DNA from: Eledone cirrhosa
Lineage: Eukaryota
Length of the DNA stretch: 64,000 nucleotides
Assembly: GCA_964016885.1 (NCBI GenBank)
Contig: OZ024743.1
Span: forward strand, 205,468,001 to 205,532,000
Direction: 5' to 3'
Numbering within the stretch: the first letter of the stretch is position 1; every line of letters starts with the position of its first letter. Of this stretch, positions 36,801 to 51,800 are shown piece after piece. Below the pieces are notes generated by a model that worked only from the letters and a program-made list of their open reading frames with translations, did not search any database and was not told where the DNA came from. The translations under genes were made by a program, and so were the position numbers.

Positions 36801-39800
36801 AATAATCTCCCCTTGGACGGCTGGAAATTATCTCCCCTTGGAAGGATGGAAATTATCTCCCCTTGGACGGCTGGAAATTATCTCCCCTTGCACGGCTGGA
36901 AATTATCTCCCCTTGGACGGCTAGAAATTATCTCTCTTTGGACGGCTGGAAATTATCTCCCCTTGATTTTTTTTACAAATTATCTCCCCCTGATTTTTTT
37001 TACAAATCTCCCAGTGATTTTTTAAAAAAAATAATCTCCCTTTCGCTGGCTGGAAATTATCTCCCCTTGGACGCTGGAAATTATAGCCCCTTGGAGGGCT
37101 GGAAATTATCTTCCCTCGGACGGCTGGAAATTATCTCCCCTTGATTTTTTTTACATATTATCTCCCCCTGATTTTTTTTTACAAATTATCTCCCCGATTT
37201 TTTTTTACAAATTATCTCCCCCTGATTTTTTTTTTACAAATTATCTCCGCCTGATTTTTAAAAAAAAATTATCTCCCTTTGGACGGCTGGAAATTATCTC
37301 CCCTTGGACGGCTGGAAATTATCTCCCCTTGGACGGCTGGAAATTATTTCCCCTTGATTTTTTTTACAAATTATCTCCCCCTGATTTTTTTTACAAATCT
37401 CCCCCTAATTTAAAAAAAAATTATCTCCCCTTCGCTGGCTGGAAATTATCTCCCTTTGGACGGCTGGAAATTATAGCTGCTTGTAGGGCTGGAAATTATC
37501 TCCCCTTGGACGGCTGGAAATTATCTCCCCTTTATGTCTTCTACAAATTATCTACCCCTGATTTTTTTTTTACAAATTATCTCCGCCTGATTTTTTTTTA
37601 CAAATTATCTGCGCCTGATTTTTTTTTACAAATTAGCTCCGCCTGATTTTTTAAAAAATTATCTCCCCTTGGACGGCTGGAAATTATCTCCCCTTGGACG
37701 GCTGGAAATTATCTCCCCTTGGACGGCTAGAAATTATCTCACTTTGGACGACTGGAAATTATCTCCCCTTGGACGGCTGCAAATTATCTCCCCTTGATTT
37801 TTTTTACAAATTATCTCCCCCTGATTTTTTTTACAAATTATCTCCCCCTGATTTTTTTTTACAAATTATCTACCCCTGATTTTTTTACAAATTATCTCCC
37901 CCTGATTTTTTTTTACAAATTATCTCCCCCTGATTTTTTTTACAAATTATCTCCCCCTGATTTTTTTTTACAAATTATCTCCCCCTGATTTTTTTACAAA
38001 TTATCTCCCCCTGATTTTTTTAAAAATTATCTTCCCTGGGCTGGCGGGAAATTATCTCCCCTTGGACGGCTGGAAATTATCTTCCCTTGCACGGCTGGAA
38101 ATTATCTCCCCTTGGACAGCTGGAAATTATCTGCCCTTGATTTTGTTTTTACAAATTATCTCCCCCTGATTTTTTTTACAAATTATCTCCACCTGATTTT
38201 TTAAAAAATTATCTCCCCTTGGACGGCTGGAAATTATCTCCCCTTGGCTGGAAATTATCTCCCCTTGGACGGCTAGAAATTATCTCTCTTTGGACGGCTG
38301 GAAATAATCTCCCTTTGATTTTTTTACAATTTATCTCCCTCTGATTTTTTTTACAAATCTCCCCCTGATTTTTTTAAAAAATTTATCTCCCCTTCGCTGG
38401 CTGGAAATTATCTCCCCTTGGACACTTGAAATTATATCCCCTTGGAGGGCTGGAAATTATCTTCCCTTGGACGGCTGGAAATTATCTCCCCTTGATTTTT
38501 TTTACAAATTATCTCCCCCTGATTTTTTTTACAAATTATCTGCCCCTGATTTTTTTTTACAAATTATCTCCGCCTGATTTTTTTTTAAATTATCTCTCCT
38601 TGGACGGCTGGAAATTATCTCCCCTTGATTTTTTTTACAAATTATCTCCCCCTGATTTTTTTTTACAAATTATCTACCCCTGATTTTTTTTTACAAATTA
38701 TCTCCCCCTGATTTTTTTTACAAATTATCTCCCCCTGATTTTTTTTTTACAAATTATCTCCCCCTGATTTTTTTACAAATTATCTCCCCCTGATTTTTTT
38801 TTCAAATTATCTCCGCCTGATTTTTTTAAATATTATCTTCCCTTGGCTGGCGGGAAATTATCTCCCCTTGGACGGCTGGAAATTATCTCCCCTTGGAAGG
38901 ATGGAAATTATCTCCCCTTGGACGGCTGGAAATTATCTCCCCTTGCACTGCTGGAAATTATCTCCCCTTGGACGGCTGGAAATTATCTCCCCTTGGCTGA
39001 AAATTATCTCCCCTTGGACGGCTAGAAATTATCTCTCTTTGGACGGCTGGAAATTATCTCCCCTTGATTTTTTTACAAATTATCTCCCCCTGATTTTTTT
39101 GCAAATCTCCCAGTGTTTTTTTTTTAAAATTATCTCCCCTTCGCTGGCTGGAAATTATCTCCCCTTGGACGCTGGAAATTATAGCCCCTTGGAGGGCTGG
39201 AAATTATCTTCCCTTGGACGGCTGGAAATTATCTCCCCTTGATTTTTTTTACAAATTATCTCCCCCTGATTTTTTTTACAAATTATCTCCCCCTGATTTT
39301 TTTTTACAAATTATCTCCCCCTGATTTTTTTTACAACTTATCTCCGCCTGATTTTTAAAAAAAAATTATCTCCCCTTGGACGGCTAGAAATTACCTCTCC
39401 TTGGACGGCTGAAAATTATCGCCCCTTGGACGGCTGCAAATTATCTCCCCTTGATTTTTTTTACAAATTATCTCCCCCTGATTTTTTTTTACAAATTATC
39501 TCCCCCTGATTTTTTTTACAAATTATCTCCCCCTGATTTTTTTTTACAAATTATCTCCCCCTGATTTTTTTTACAAATTATATCCCCTTGGCTGGCTGGA
39601 AATTATCTCCCCTTGGAGGCTGGAATTTATCTCCCCTTGGACGGCTAGAAATTACCTCTCCTTGGACGGCTGGAAATTATGTCTCCTTGGACGGCTAGAA
39701 ATTACCTCTCCTTGGACGGCTGAAAATTATCTCCCCTTGGACGGCTGGAAATTATCTCCCCTTGATTTTTTTTACAAATTATCTCCCCCTGATTTTTTTT

Positions 39801-42800
39801 TACAAATTATCTCCCCCTGATTTTTTTTACAAATTATCTCCCCCTGATTTTTTTTTACAAATTATCTCCCCCTGATTTTTTTTACAAATTATATTCCCTT
39901 GGCTGGCTGGAAATTATCTCCCCTTGGAGGCTGGAATTTATCTCCCCTTGGACGGCTAGAAATTACCTCTCCTTGGACGGCTGGAAATTATGTCTCCTTG
40001 GACGGCTGGAAATTATCTCCCCTTGGACGGCTGGAAATTATCTCCCCTTGGACGGCTGGAAATTATCTCCCCTTGGACGGCTAGATATTACCTCTCCTTG
40101 GACGGCTGGAAATTATCTGCCCTTGGACGGCTGGAAATTATCTCCCCTTGGACGGCTGGAAATTATTTCCCCTTGATTTTTTTTACAAATTATCTCCCGC
40201 TGATTTTTTTTTACAAATCTCCACCTAATTAAAAAAAAAATTATCTCCCCTTCGCTGGCTGGAAATTATCTTGCTTTGGACGGCTGGAAATTATAGCCGC
40301 TTGTAGGGCTGGAAATTATCTCCCCTTGGACGGCTGGAAATTATCTCCCCTTGATTTTTTTTACTAAGTATCTCACCCTGATTTTTTTTTACAAATTATC
40401 TCCGCCTGATTTTTAAAAAAAAATTATCTCCCCTTGGCTGGATGGAAATTATCTCCCCTTGGACGGCTGGAAATTATCTTCCCTTGATTTCTTCTACAAA
40501 TTATCTACCCCTGATTTTTTTTTTACAAATTATCTCTCCCTGATTTTTTTTTACAAATATCTCTCCTTGGCTGGCTGGAAATTATCTCCCCTTGGCTGGC
40601 TGGAAATTATCTCCCCCTGATATTTTTTTACAAATTAGCTCCCCCTGATTTTTTTTACAAATTATCTCCCCCTGATTTTTTTCACAAATTATCTCCCCCT
40701 GATTTTTTTTACAAATTATCTCCCCTGATTTAAAAAAAAAAATTATCTCCCCTTGGACGGCTGGAAATTATCTCCCCTTGGACGGCTGGAAATTATCGCC
40801 CCCTGATTTTTTTTTTACAAATTATCTCCACCTGATTTTTTTTACAAATCATCTCAGCCTGATTTTTTTAAAATATTATCTCCCTTGGCTTGCTGGAAAT
40901 AATCTCCCCTTGGACGGCTATAAATTATCTCTCCTTCGACCGCTGGAAATTATCTCCCCTTGATTTTTTTACAAATTATCTCCCCCTGATTTTTTTTTAC
41001 CAATCAACCCCTGATTTAAAAACAAAAATTATCTCCCCTTCGCTGGCTGGAAATTATCTCCCCTTGGACGGCTGGAAATTATCTCCCCTTGATTTTTTTT
41101 ACAAATTATCTACCCCTGATTTTTTTACAAATTATCTCCCCCTGATTTTTTTTACAAATTATCTCCCCCTGATTTTTTTTTTTACAAATTATCTCCGCCT
41201 GATTTTTTTAAAATTATCTCCCCTTGGCTGGATGGAAATTATCTCCCCTTGGACGGCTGGAAATTATCTCCCCTTGGAAGGATGGAAATTATCTCCCCTT
41301 GGACGGCTGGAAATTATCTCCCCTTGCACGGCTGGAAATTATCTCCCCTTGGACGGCTGGAAATTATGTCCACCTGATTTTTTTTTACAAATCATCTCCG
41401 CCTGATTTTTTTAAAAACATATCTCCCTTGGCTTGCTGGAAATTATCTCCCCTTGGACGGCTATAAATTATCTCTCCTTCGACGGCTGGAAATTATCTCC
41501 CCTTGATTTTTTTACAAATTATCTCCCCCTGATTTTTTTTTACCAATCAACCCCTGATTTAAAAAAAAAATTATCTCTCCTTCGCTGGCTGGAAATTATC
41601 TCCCCTTGGACGGCTGGAAATTATCTCCCCTTGATTTTTTTTACAAATTATCTACCCCTGATTTTTTTACAAATTATCTCCCCCTGATTTTTTTTTACAA
41701 ATTATCTCCCCTTGATTTTTTTTTTTTTACAAATTATCTCCGCCTGATTTTTTTTAAATTATCTCCCCTTGGCTGGATGGAAATTATCTCCCCTTGGACG
41801 GCTGGAAATTATCTCCCCTTGCACGGCTGGAAATTATCTTCCCTTGGACGGCTAGAAATTACCTCTCCTTGGACGGCTGAAAATGATCTCCCCTTGGACG
41901 GCTGGAAATTATCTCCCCCTGATTTTTTTTACAAATTATCTCCCCTTGCACGGCTGGAAATTATCTCCCCTTGGACGGCTGGAAATTATCTGCCCTTGAT
42001 TTTGTTTTTACAAATTATCACCCCCTGATTTTTTTTACAAATTATCTCCACCTGATATTTTAAAAAATTATCTCCCCTTGGACGGCTGGAAATTATCTCC
42101 CCTTGGCTGGAAATTATCTCCCCTTGGACGGCTAGAAATTATCTCTCTTTGGACGGCTGGAAATTATCTCCCCTTGATTCTTTTTACAAATTATCTCCCC
42201 CTGATTTTTTTTACAAATCTCCCAGTGATTTTTTAAAAAAAATTATCTCCCCTTCGCTGGCTGGAAATTATCTCCCCTTGGACGCTGGAAATTATAGCCC
42301 CTTGGACGCTGGAAATTATCTTCCCTTGGACGGCTGGAAATTATCTCCCCTTGATTTTTTTACAAATTATCTCCCCCTGATTTTTTTTTACAAATTATCT
42401 CCCCCTGATTTTTTTTTTACAAATTATCTCCCCTTGGACGGGTGGAAATTATCTCCCCTTGGACGGCTTGAAATTATCTCCCCTTGGACGGCTAGAAATT
42501 ACCTCTCCTTGGACGGCTGAAAATTATCTCCCCTTGATTTTTTTTACAAATTATCTCCCCCTGATTTTATTTTACATATTATCTACCCCTGATTTTTTTT
42601 TACAAATTATCTCCACCTGAACTTTTTTACAAATTATCTCCCCCTGATTTTTTTTTTTACAAATTATCTCCCCCTGATTTTTTTACAAATTATCTCCCCC
42701 TGATTTTTTTTTCAATTTATCTCCGCCTGATTTTTTTAAATATTATCTTCCCTTGGCTGGCGGGAAATTATCTCCCCTTGGACGGCTGGAAATTATCTCC

Positions 42801-45800
42801 CCTTGGAAGGATGGAAATTATCTCCCCTTGGACGGCTGGAAATTATCTCCCCTTGCACTGCTGGAAATTATCTCCCCTTGGACGGCTGGAAATTATCTCC
42901 CCTTGGCTGGAAATTATCTCCCCTTGGACGGCTAGAAATTATCTCTCTTTGGACGGCTGGAAATTATCTCCCCTTGATTTTTTTACAAATTATCTCCCCC
43001 TGATTTTTTTTACAAATCTCCCAGTGATTTTTTTTTAAAAATTATCTCCCCTTCGCTGGCTGGAAATTATCTCCCCTTGGACGCTGGAAATTATAGCCCC
43101 TTGGAGGGCTGGAAATTATCTTCCCTTGGACGGCTGGAAATTATCTCCCCTTGATTTTTTTTACAAATTATCTCCCCCTGATTTTTTTTTACAAATTATC
43201 TCCCCCTGATTTTTTTTTACAAATTATCTCCCCCTGATTTTTTTACAACTTATCTCCGCCTGATTTTTTTAAAAAAATTATCTCCCCTTGGACGGCTGGA
43301 AATTATCTCCCCTTGATTTTTTTTACAAATTATCTCCCCCTGATTTTTTTTTACAAATTATCTCCCCCTGATTTTTTTACAAATTATCTCCCCCTGATTT
43401 TTTTTTACAAATTATCTCCCCCTGATTTTTTTTACAAATTATATCCCCTTGGCTGGCTGGAAATTATCTCCCCTTGGAGGCTGGAATTTATCTCCCCTTG
43501 GACGGCTAGAAATTACCTCTCCTTGGACGGCTGGAAATTATGTCTCCTTGGACGGTTGGAAATTATCTCCCCTTGGACGGCTGGAAATTATCTCCCCTTG
43601 GACGGCTGGAAATTATCTCCCCTTGGACGGCTAGATATTACCTCTCCTTGGACGGCTGGAAATTATCTGCCCTTGGACGGCTGGAAATTATCTCCCCTTG
43701 GACGGCTGGAAATTATTTCCCCTTGATTTTTTTTACAAATTATCTCCCCCTGATTTTTTTTTACAAATCTCCACCTAATTAAAAAAAAAATTATCTCCCC
43801 TTCGCTGGCTGGAAATTATCTTCCTCTGGACGGCTGGAAATTATAGCCGCTTGTAGGGCTGGAAATTATCTCCCCTTGGACGGCTGGAAATTATCTCCCC
43901 TTGATTTTTTTTACTAAGTATCTCACCCTGATTTTTTTTTACAAATTATCTCCGCCTGATTTTTAAAAAAAAATTATCTCCCCTTGGCTGGATGGAAATT
44001 ATCTCCCCTTGGACGGCTGGAAATTATCTTCCCTTGATTTCTTATACAAATTATCTACCCCTGATTTTTTTTTACAAATTATCTCTCCCTGATTTTTTTT
44101 TACAAATATCTCCCCTCCGCTGGCTGACAAATCATCTCCGCCTGATTTTTTTAAAAACTTATCTCCCTTGGCTTGCTGGAAATTATCTCCCCTTGGACGG
44201 CTATAAATTATCTCTCCTTCGACGGCTGGAAATTATCTCCCCTTGATTTTTTTACAAATTATCTCCCCCTGATTTTTTTTTACCAATCAACCTCTGATTT
44301 AAAAAAAAATTATCTCTCCTTCGCTGGCTGGAAATTATCTCCCCTTGGACGGCTGGAAATTATCTCCCCTTGATTTTTTTTACAAATTATCTACCCTGAT
44401 TTTTTTACAAATTATCTCCCCCTGATTTTTTTTTACAAATTATCCCCCCCTGATTTTTTTTTTTACAAATTATCTCCGCCTGATTTTTTTAAAATTATCT
44501 CCCCTTGGCTGGATGGAAATTATCTCCCCTTGGACGGCTGGAAATTATCTCCCCTTACACGGCTGGAAATTATCTTCCCTTGGACGGCTAGAAATTACCT
44601 CTCCTTGGACGGCTGAAAATTATCTCCCCTTGGACGGCTGGAAATTATCTCCCCCTGATTTTTTTTACAAATTATCTCCCCTTGCACGGCTGGAAATTAT
44701 CTCCCCTTGGACGGCTGGAAATTATCTGCCCTTGATTTTGTTTTTACAAATTATCTCCCCCTGATTTTTTTTACAAATTATCTCCACCTGATATTTTAAA
44801 AAATTATCTCCCCTTGGACGGCTGGAAATTATCTCCCCTTGGCTGGAAATTATCTCCCCTTGGACGGCTAGAAATTATCTCTCTTTGGACGGCTGGAAAT
44901 TATCTCCCCTTGATTCTTTTTACAAATTATCTCCCCCTGATTTTTTTTACAAATCTCCCCCTAATTTAAAAAAAAATTATCTCCCCTTCGCTGGCTGGAA
45001 ATTATCTCCCCTTGGACGCTGAAAATTATAGCCCCTTGGAGGCTGGAAATTATCTTCCCTTGGACGGCTGGAAATTATCTCCCCTTGATTTTTTTACAAA
45101 TTATCTCCCCCTGATTTTTTTTTACAAATTATCTCCCCCTGATTTTTTTTTACAAATTATCTCCCCTTGGACGGGTGGAAATTATCTCCCCTTGGACGGC
45201 TTGAAATTATCTCCCCTTGGACGGCTAAAAATTACCTCTCCTTGGACGGCTGAAAATTATCTCCCCTTGATTTTTTTTACAAATTATCTCCCCCTGATTT
45301 TTTTTTTTACAAATTATCTCCCCCTGATTTTATTTTACATATTATCTACCCCTGATTTTTTTTTACAAATTATCTCCACCTGATCTTTTTTACAAATTAT
45401 CTCCCCCTGATTTTTTTTTTACAAATTATCTCCCCCTGATTTTTTTACAAATTATCTCCCCCTAATTTATTTTACAAATTATCTCCGCCTGATTTTTTTA
45501 AATATTATCTTCCCTTGGACGGCTGGAAATTATCTCCCCTTGCACGGCTGGAAATTATCTCCCCTTGGACGGCTGGAAATTATCTCCCCTTGGATGGCTA
45601 GAAATTATCTCTCTTTGGACGGCTGGAAATTATCTCCCCTTGATTTTTTTTACAAATTATCTCCCCCTGATTTTTTTTACAAATCTCCCAGTGATTTTTA
45701 AAAAAAAATTATCTCCCTTTCGCTGGCTGGAAATTATCTCCCCTTGGACGCTGGAAATTATAGCCCCTTGGAGGGCTGGAAATTATCTTCCCTTGGACGG

Positions 45801-48800
45801 CTGGAAATTATCTCCCCTTGATTTTTTTTACATATTATCTCCCCCTGATTTTTTTTACAACTTATCTCCGCCTGATTTTTTTAAAAAAATTATCTCCCCT
45901 TGGACGGCTGGAAATTATCTCCCCTTGGACGGCTGGAAATTATCTCTCCTTGGACGGCTAGAAATTACCTCTCCTTGGACGGCTGAAAATTATCTCCCCT
46001 TGGACGGCTGGAAATTATCTCCCCCTGATATTTTTTTACAAATATCTCTCCTTGGCTGGCTGGAAATTATCTCCCCTTGGCTGGCTGGAAATTATCTCCC
46101 CCTGATATTTTTTTACAAATTAGCTCCCCCTGATTTTTTTTACAAATTATCTCCCCCTGATTTTTTTCACAAATTATCTCCCCCTGATTTTTTTTACAAA
46201 TTATCTCCCCTGATTTAAAAAAAAAAAGTATCTCCCCTTGGACGGCTGGAAATTATCTCCCCTTGGACGGCTGGAAATTATCGCCCCCTGATTTTTTTTT
46301 TACAAATTATCTCCACCTGATTTTTTTTACAAATCATCTCAGCCTGATTTTTTTTAAATATTATCTCCCTTGGCTTGCTGGAAATTATCTCCCCTTGGAC
46401 GGCTATAAATTATCTCTCCTTCGACGGCTGGAAATTATCTCCCCTTGATTTTTTTACAAATTATCTCCCCCTGATTTTTTTTTACCAATCAACCCCTGAT
46501 TTAAAAACAAAAATTATCTCCCCTTCGCTGGCTGGAAATTATCTCCCCTTGGACGGCTGGAAATTATCTCCCCTTGATTTTTTTTACAAATTATCTACCC
46601 CTGATTTTTTTACAAATTATCTCCCCCTGATTTTTTTTACAAATTATCTCCCCCTGATTTTTTTTTTTTACAAATTATCTCCGCCTGATTTTTTTAGAAT
46701 TATCTCCCCTTGGCTGGATGGAAATTATCTCCCCTTGGACGGCTGGAAATTATCTCCCCTTGGAAGGATGGAAATTATCTCCCCTTGGACGGCTGGAAAT
46801 TATCTCCCCTTGCACGGCTGGAAATTATCTCCCCTTGGACGGCTAGAAATTACCTCTCCTTGGACGGCTGAAAATTATCTCCCCTTGGACGGCTGGAAAT
46901 TATGTCCACCTGATTTTTTTTACAAATCATCTCCGCCTGATTTTTTTAAAAACTTATCTCCCTTGGCTTGCTGGAAATTATCTCCCCTTGGACGGCTATA
47001 AATTATCTCTCCTTCGACGGCTGGAAATTATCTCCCCTTGATTTTTTTACAAATTATCTCCCCCTGATTTTTTTTTACCAATCTACCCCTGATTTAAAAA
47101 AAAATTATCTTTCCTTCGCTGGCTGGAAATTATCTCCCCTTGGACGGCTGGAAATTATCTCCCCTTGATTTTTTTTACAAATTATCTACCCCTGATTTTT
47201 TTACAAATTATCTCCCCCTGATTTTTTTTTACAAATTATCTCCCCTTGATTTTTTTTTTTTACAAATTATCTCCGCCTGATTTTCTTAAAATTATCTCCC
47301 CTTGGCTGGATGGAAATTATCTCCCCTAGGACGGCTGGAAATTATCTCCCCTTGCACGGCTGGAAATTATCTTCCCTTGGACGGCTAGAAATTACCTCTC
47401 CTTGGACGGCTGAAAATTATCTCCCCTTGGACGGCTGGAAATTATCTCCCCCTGATTTTTTTTACAAATTATCTCCCCTTGCACGGCTGGAAATTATCTC
47501 CCCTTGGACGGCTGGAAATTATCTGCCCTTGATTTTGTTTTTACAAATTATCTCCCCCTGATTTTTTTTACAAATTATCTCCACCTGATATTTTAAAAAA
47601 TTATCTCCCCTTGGACGGCTGGAAATTATCTCCCCTTGGCTGGAAATTATCTCCCCTTGGACGGCTAGAAATTATCTCTCTTTGGACGGTTGGAAATTAT
47701 CTCCCCTTGATTCTTTTTACAAATTATCTCCCCCTGATTTTTTTTACAAATCTCCCAGTGATTTTTTAAAAAAAATTATCTCCCCTTCGCTGGCTGGAAA
47801 TTATCTCCCCTTGGACGCTGGAAATTATAGCCCCTTGGACGCTGGAAATTATCTTCCCTTGGACGGCTGGAAATTATCTCCCCTTGATTTTTTTACAAAT
47901 TATCTCCCCCTGATTTTTTTTTACAAATTATCTCCCCCTGATTTTTTTTTTACAAATTATCTCCCCTTGGACGGGTGGAAATTATCTCCCCTTGATTTTT
48001 TTACAAATTATCTCCCCCTGATTTTTTTTTACCAATCTACCCCTGATTTAAAAAAAAAAATTATCTCCCCTTCGCTGGCTGGAAATTATCTCCCCTTGGA
48101 CGGCTTGAAATTATCTCCCCTTGGACGGCTAGAAATTACCTCTCCTTGGACGGCTGAAAATTATCTCCCCTTGATTTTTTTTACAAATTATCTCCCCCTG
48201 ATTTTTTTTTTTACAAATTATCTCCCCCTGGTTTTATTTTACATATTATCTACCGCTGATTTTTTTTTACAAATTATCTCCACCTGATCTTTTTTACAAA
48301 TTATCTCCCCCTGATTTTTTTTTTACAAATTATCTCCCCCTGATTTTTTTACAAATTATCTCCCCCTGATTTTTTTTTCAAATTATCTCCGCCTGATTTT
48401 TTTAAATATTATCTTCCCTTGGCTGGCGGGAAATTATCTCCCCTTGGACGGCTGAAAATTATCTCCCCTTGGAAGGATGGAAATTATCTCCCTTTGGACG
48501 GCTGGAAATTATCTCCCCTTGCACTGCTGGAAATTATCTCCCCTTGGACGGCTGGAAATTAGCTCCCCTTGGCTGGAAATTATCTCCCCTTGGACGGCTA
48601 GAAATTATCTCTCTTTGGACGGCTGGAAATTATCTCCCCTTGGACGCTGGAAATTATAGCCCCTTGGAGGGCTGGAAATTATCTTCCCTTGGACGGCTGG
48701 AAATTATCTCCCCTTGATTTCTTTTACAAATTATCTCCCCCTGATTTTTTTTTACAAATTATCTCCCCCTGATTTTTTTTTACAAATTATCTCCCCCTGA

Positions 48801-51800
48801 TTTTTTTTACAACTTATCTCCGCCTGATTTTTTTAAAAAAATTATCTCCCCTTGGACGGCTAGAAATTATCTCCCCTTGGACGGCTGGAAATTATCTCTC
48901 CTTGGACGGCTAGAAATTACCTCTCCTTGGACGGCTGAAAATTATCTCCCCTTGGACGGCTGGAAATTATCTCCCCTTGATTTTTTTTACAAATTATCTC
49001 CCCCTGATTTTTTTTTACAAATTATCTCCCCCTGATTTTTTTTACAAATTATCTCCCCCTGATTTTTTTTTACAAATTATCTCCCCCTGATTTTTTTTAC
49101 AAATTATATCCCCTTGGACGGCTGGAAATTATCTCCCCTTGGACGGCTGGAAATTATCTCCCCTTGGACGGCTAGAAATTACCTCTCCTTGGACGGCTTA
49201 AAATTATCTCCCCTTGATTTTTTTTTACAAATTATCTACCCCTGATTTTTTTTTACAAATTATCTACGCCTGATTTTTTTTTCCAAATTATCTCCCCCTG
49301 ATTTTTTTTTACAAATTATCTCCACCTGTTTTTTTTTACAAATTATTTCCCCCTGATTATTTTACAAATTATCTCCGCCTGATTTTTTTAAATATTATCT
49401 TCCCTTGGCTGGCGGGAAATTATCTCCCCTTGGACGCCTGGAAATTATCTCCCCTTGGAAGGATGGAAATTATCTCCCCTTGGACGGCTGGAAATTATCT
49501 CCTCTTGCACTGCTGGAAATTATCTCCCCTTGGACGGCTGGAAATTATCTCCCCTTGGCTGGAAATTATCTCCCCTTGGACGGCTAGAAATTATCTCTCT
49601 TTGGACGGCTGGAAATTATCTCCCCCTGATTTTTTTACAAATCTCCCAGTGTTTTTTTTTTAAAATTATCTCCCCTTCGCTGGCTGGAAATTATCTCCCC
49701 TTGGACGCTGGAAATTATAGCCCCTTGGAGGGCTGGAAATTATCTTCCCTTGGACGGCTGGAAATTATCTCCCCTTGATTTTTTTTACAAATTATCTCCC
49801 CCTGATTTTTTTTTACAAATTATCTCCCCCTGATTTTTTTTTACAAATTATCTCCCCCTGATTTTTTTTACAACTTATCTCCGCCTGATTTTTTAAAAAA
49901 AATTATCTCCCCTTGGACGGCTAGAAATTACCTCTCCTTGGACGGCTGAAAATTATCTCCCCTTGGACGGCTGGAAATTATCTCCCCTTGATTTTTTTTA
50001 CAAATTATCTCCCCCTGATTTTTTTTTACAAATTATCTCCCCCTGATTTTTTTTACAAATTATCTCCCCCTGATTTTTTTTTACAAATTATCTCCCCCTG
50101 ATTTTTTTTACAAATTATATCCCCTTGGCTGGCTGGAAATTATCTCCCCTTGGAGGCTGGAATTTATCTCCCCTTGGACGGCTAGAAATTACCTCTCCTT
50201 GGACGGCTGGAAATTATGTCTCCTTGGACGGCTAGAAATTACCTCTCCTTGGACGGCTGAAAATTATCTCCCCTTGGACGGCTGGAAATTATCTCCCCTT
50301 GATTTTTTTTACAAATTATCTCCCCCTGATTTTTTTTACAAATTATCTCCCCCTGATTTTTTTTTACAAATTATCTCCCCCTGATTTTTTTTACAAATTA
50401 TATCCCCTTGGCTGGCTGGAAATTATCTCCCCTTGGAGGCTGGAATTTATCTCCCCTTGGACGGCTAGAAATTACCTCTCCTTGGACGGCTGGAAATTAT
50501 GTCTCCTTGGACGGCTGGAAATTATCTCCCCTTGGACGGCTGGAAATTATCTCCCCTTGGACGGCTGGAAATTAACTCCCCTTGGACGGCTAGATATTAC
50601 CTCTCCTTGGACGGCTGGAAATTATCTGCCCTTGGACGGCTGGAAATTATCTCCCCTTGGACGGCTGGAAATTATTTCCCCTTGATTTTTTTTACAAATT
50701 ATCTCCCGCTGATTTTTTTTTACAAATCTCCACCTAATTAAAAAAAAATTATCTCCCCTTCGCTGGCTGGAAATTATCTTGCTTTGGACGGCTGGAAATT
50801 ATAGCCGCTTGTAGAGCTGGAAATTATCTCCCCTTGGACGGCTGGAAATTATCTCCCCTTGATTTTTTTTACTAAGTATCTCACCCTGATTTTTTTTTAC
50901 AAATTATCTCCGCCTGATTTTTAAAAAATTATCTCCCCTTGGCTGGATGGAAATTATCTCCCCTTGGACGGCTGGAAATTATCTTCCCTTGATTTCTTCT
51001 ACAAATTATCTACCCCTGATTTTTTTTACAAATTATCTCTCCCTGATTTTTTTTTACAAATATCTCTCCTTGGCTGGCTGGAAATTATCTCCCCTTGGCT
51101 GGCTGGAAATTATCTCCCCCTGATATTTTTTTACAAATTAGCTCCCCCTGATTTTTTTTACAAATTATCTCCCCCTGATTTTTTTCACAAATTATCTCCC
51201 CCTGATTTTTTTTACAAATTATCTCCCCTGATTTAAAAAAAAAGTATCTCCCCTTGGACGGCTGGAAATTATCGCCCCCTGATTTTTTTTTTACAAATTA
51301 TCTCCACCTGATTTTTTTTACAAATCATCTCAGCCTGATTTTTTTAAAATATTATCTCCCTTGGCTTGCTGGAAATTATCTCCCCTTGGACGGCTATAAA
51401 TTATCTCTCCTTCGACGGCTGGAAATTATCTCCCCTTGATTTTTTTACAAATTATCTCCCCCTGATTTTTTTTTACCAATCAACCCCTGATTTAAAAACA
51501 AAAATTATCTCCCCTTCGCTGGCTGGAAATTATCTCCCCTTGGACGGCTGGAAATTATCTCCCCTTGATTTTTTTTACAAATTATCTACCCCTGATTTTT
51601 TTACAAATTATCTCCCCCTGATTTTTTTTACAAATTATCTCCCCCTGATTTTTTTTTTTTACAAATTATCTCCGCCTGATTTTTTTAGAATTATCTCCCC
51701 TTGGCTGGATGGAAATTATCTCCCCTTGGACGGCTGGAAATTATCTCCCCTTGGAAGGATGGAAATTATCTCCCCTTGGACGGCTGGAAATTATCTCCCC

